Below are positions 63,011 through 64,000 of a stretch of DNA of 64,000 bases, piece by piece (within the stretch, counting starts at the first letter, position 1; each line of letters opens with the position of its first letter). The notes below the pieces were generated by a model. The model had not been told where the DNA came from, made no database searches, and saw nothing but the letters and a program-made list of their open reading frames with translations. The translations under genes and the position numbers were made by a program. Source of the stretch: a virus (taxonomy: Duplodnaviria; Heunggongvirae; Uroviricota; Caudoviricetes); the IMG/VR virus record IMGVR_UViG_3300042402_002792, one strand, 5' to 3'.

Positions 63011-64000
63011 TGACAAAACAAATAGTTAACTTAGGTGTAGCTAATAAAGGCAACGGAGATCCTATCCGTACAGCATTTGATAAAGTTAATCAAAACTTTA
63101 CAGAACTTTATAATGCTATAGGATTAGGAGATGGTAATCTCAACATAGGAGCATTTGAGTTTTCAGGTAGCACTATGACTACAACTGACAGCAGTGACAT
63201 TGTCATTGCTCAACGAACTCAAATTACCAGCAACTTAACTGTACAGGGAGACATACTTCCTTCAGTAGCCAACGGTGGAGATCTAGGAAGTTTGACTAGG
63301 CCATGGCGAAGTTTGTATGTTAGCAATTCAACAATTTATCTTGGAAGCACACCATTAAGTGTTGATGCAGGCGGAAATATTTTAATTGATGGTAATGTCT
63401 ACGGCGGCGGTGGCGATAGCCTAACCAGCAGCAACGACATCGATATCACCATCAACAATGATGATAGTAGTAGTTACACATGGAATTACGGTAACACTGG
63501 TACATTAACGCTACCAAACAGTCAAACTATAGACGCTTCATCATCGACTATCTTAACGGTAGGTTCAACTGATGCTCGTTTACATTTAGATTCATTCAAT
63601 CAAGTAGCAAAGATAACAGCCAAGAAATCTTTTAACAGGAATTTTTATAGTGGCGGTAGTGAAACGTTTACCTATGCTGAAGGAACGGTGACTGTTCAGT
63701 TTTTAGATAATACCAATTTATATTTTAGAGAACTATTGTCAAGACTCGAAAGTCACTTTAATGGAAACGATAATTTTGCTTTTGACTACAGCAATGTTGT
63801 CTTAACAATAAACACCGAGGGAGAAAATCTAGCATCGACTGTGACTAATGTCACTAGTGATTTTGCTGACCCGCCAACATTTACCATAACACTGGAAACA
63901 CTCCACCCAGAACCTATAACAATAACTGATATCACAATTGATTACGATTACAATAATACCATTGGTTTAGATGTAGACGGTGATTATTTTGGAATAGCCA
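63010..64000 (+). CDS. Second structural protein (partial, continues beyond the window), paralogous at its N-terminus to the giant protein
   Basis: Begins MTKQIVNLGVANKGNGDPIRTAFDKVNQNFTELYNAIG, compared with MARQEIDIGVQGNDGTGDSIREAFRKVNENLSDLYAVIG. TAATG overlap with the upstream gene. Confidence 0.5.
   Translation, partial: MTKQIVNLGVANKGNGDPIRTAFDKVNQNFTELYNAIGLGDGNLNIGAFEFSGSTMTTTDSSDIVIAQRTQITSNLTVQGDILPSVANGGDLGSLTRPWRSLYVSNSTIYLGSTPLSVDAGGNILIDGNVYGGGGDSLTSSNDIDITINNDDSSSYTWNYGNTGTLTLPNSQTIDASSSTILTVGSTDARLHLDSFNQVAKITAKKSFNRNFYSGGSETFTYAEGTVTVQFLDNTNLYFRELLSRLESHFNGNDNFAFDYSNVVLTINTEGENLASTVTNVTSDFADPPTFTITLETLHPEPITITDITIDYDYNNTIGLDVDGDYFGIA

Noticed and set aside
1-64000. Prophage or mobile-element boundaries (integrase, attachment sites, transposase)
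   Set aside because: No integrase, recombinase or transposase-like ORFs were recognised, and no terminal direct repeats. The region looks like a contiguous lytic-phage segment.

Overview
The window reads as an AT-rich accessory region of a large lytic tailed phage, apparently a T4-like marine myovirus. This is inferred from a T4 Pnk-like kinase, an ATP-dependent DNA ligase, a PstS homologue, a 6-pyruvoyl-tetrahydropterin synthase (PTPS)-like gene, many 2OG-Fe(II) oxygenase paralogs, a tryptophan-halogenase-like gene and giant structural proteins with a shared N-terminal motif. The first ~10 kb holds about 27 tRNA genes in several clusters. These clusters are interleaved with tandem ~200-aa 2OG-Fe(II)-oxygenase-like paralogs and several structured non-coding RNAs.

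At least nine perfect sigma70 consensus promoters (TTGACN-17-TATAAT) are scattered through the window, and three of them sit exactly 6 nt before an ATG, implying leaderless transcripts. Gene content is largely accessory. There is a possible RNA-repair or quality-control module: a Ro60/TROVE-like vWA protein preceded by a ~500-nt promoter-driven non-coding RNA, then a dual-specificity phosphatase, a metallophosphoesterase and a T4 Pnk-like kinase. There is a lipid-modification-like island on the minus strand with three fatty-acid desaturases, a B12-binding radical SAM enzyme, an ATP-grasp enzyme and an aminotransferase-like protein. A dense cluster of five radical SAM enzymes in two paralog families sits with a sulfotransferase and two SGNH/GDSL-like hydrolase paralogs. 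Other accessory genes include IF-1 (infA), an SPFH protein followed by ClpP and a zinc-metalloprotease-like protein, an Fe/Mn superoxide dismutase homologue, IscA/HesB, a Bax-inhibitor-1 family protein, a UvdE-like endonuclease and a histone-like lysine-rich protein. The window ends with a 2484-aa structural protein carrying internal repeats, followed by a paralogous partial structural gene.

The most notable oddities are a circularly permuted tRNA-Thr-like gene, three class-I tRNAs carrying leucine anticodons, two oversized tRNA-like genes, and a recurrent ~25-nt hairpin motif. All coordinates and tRNA folds were derived by eye and need tool confirmation.
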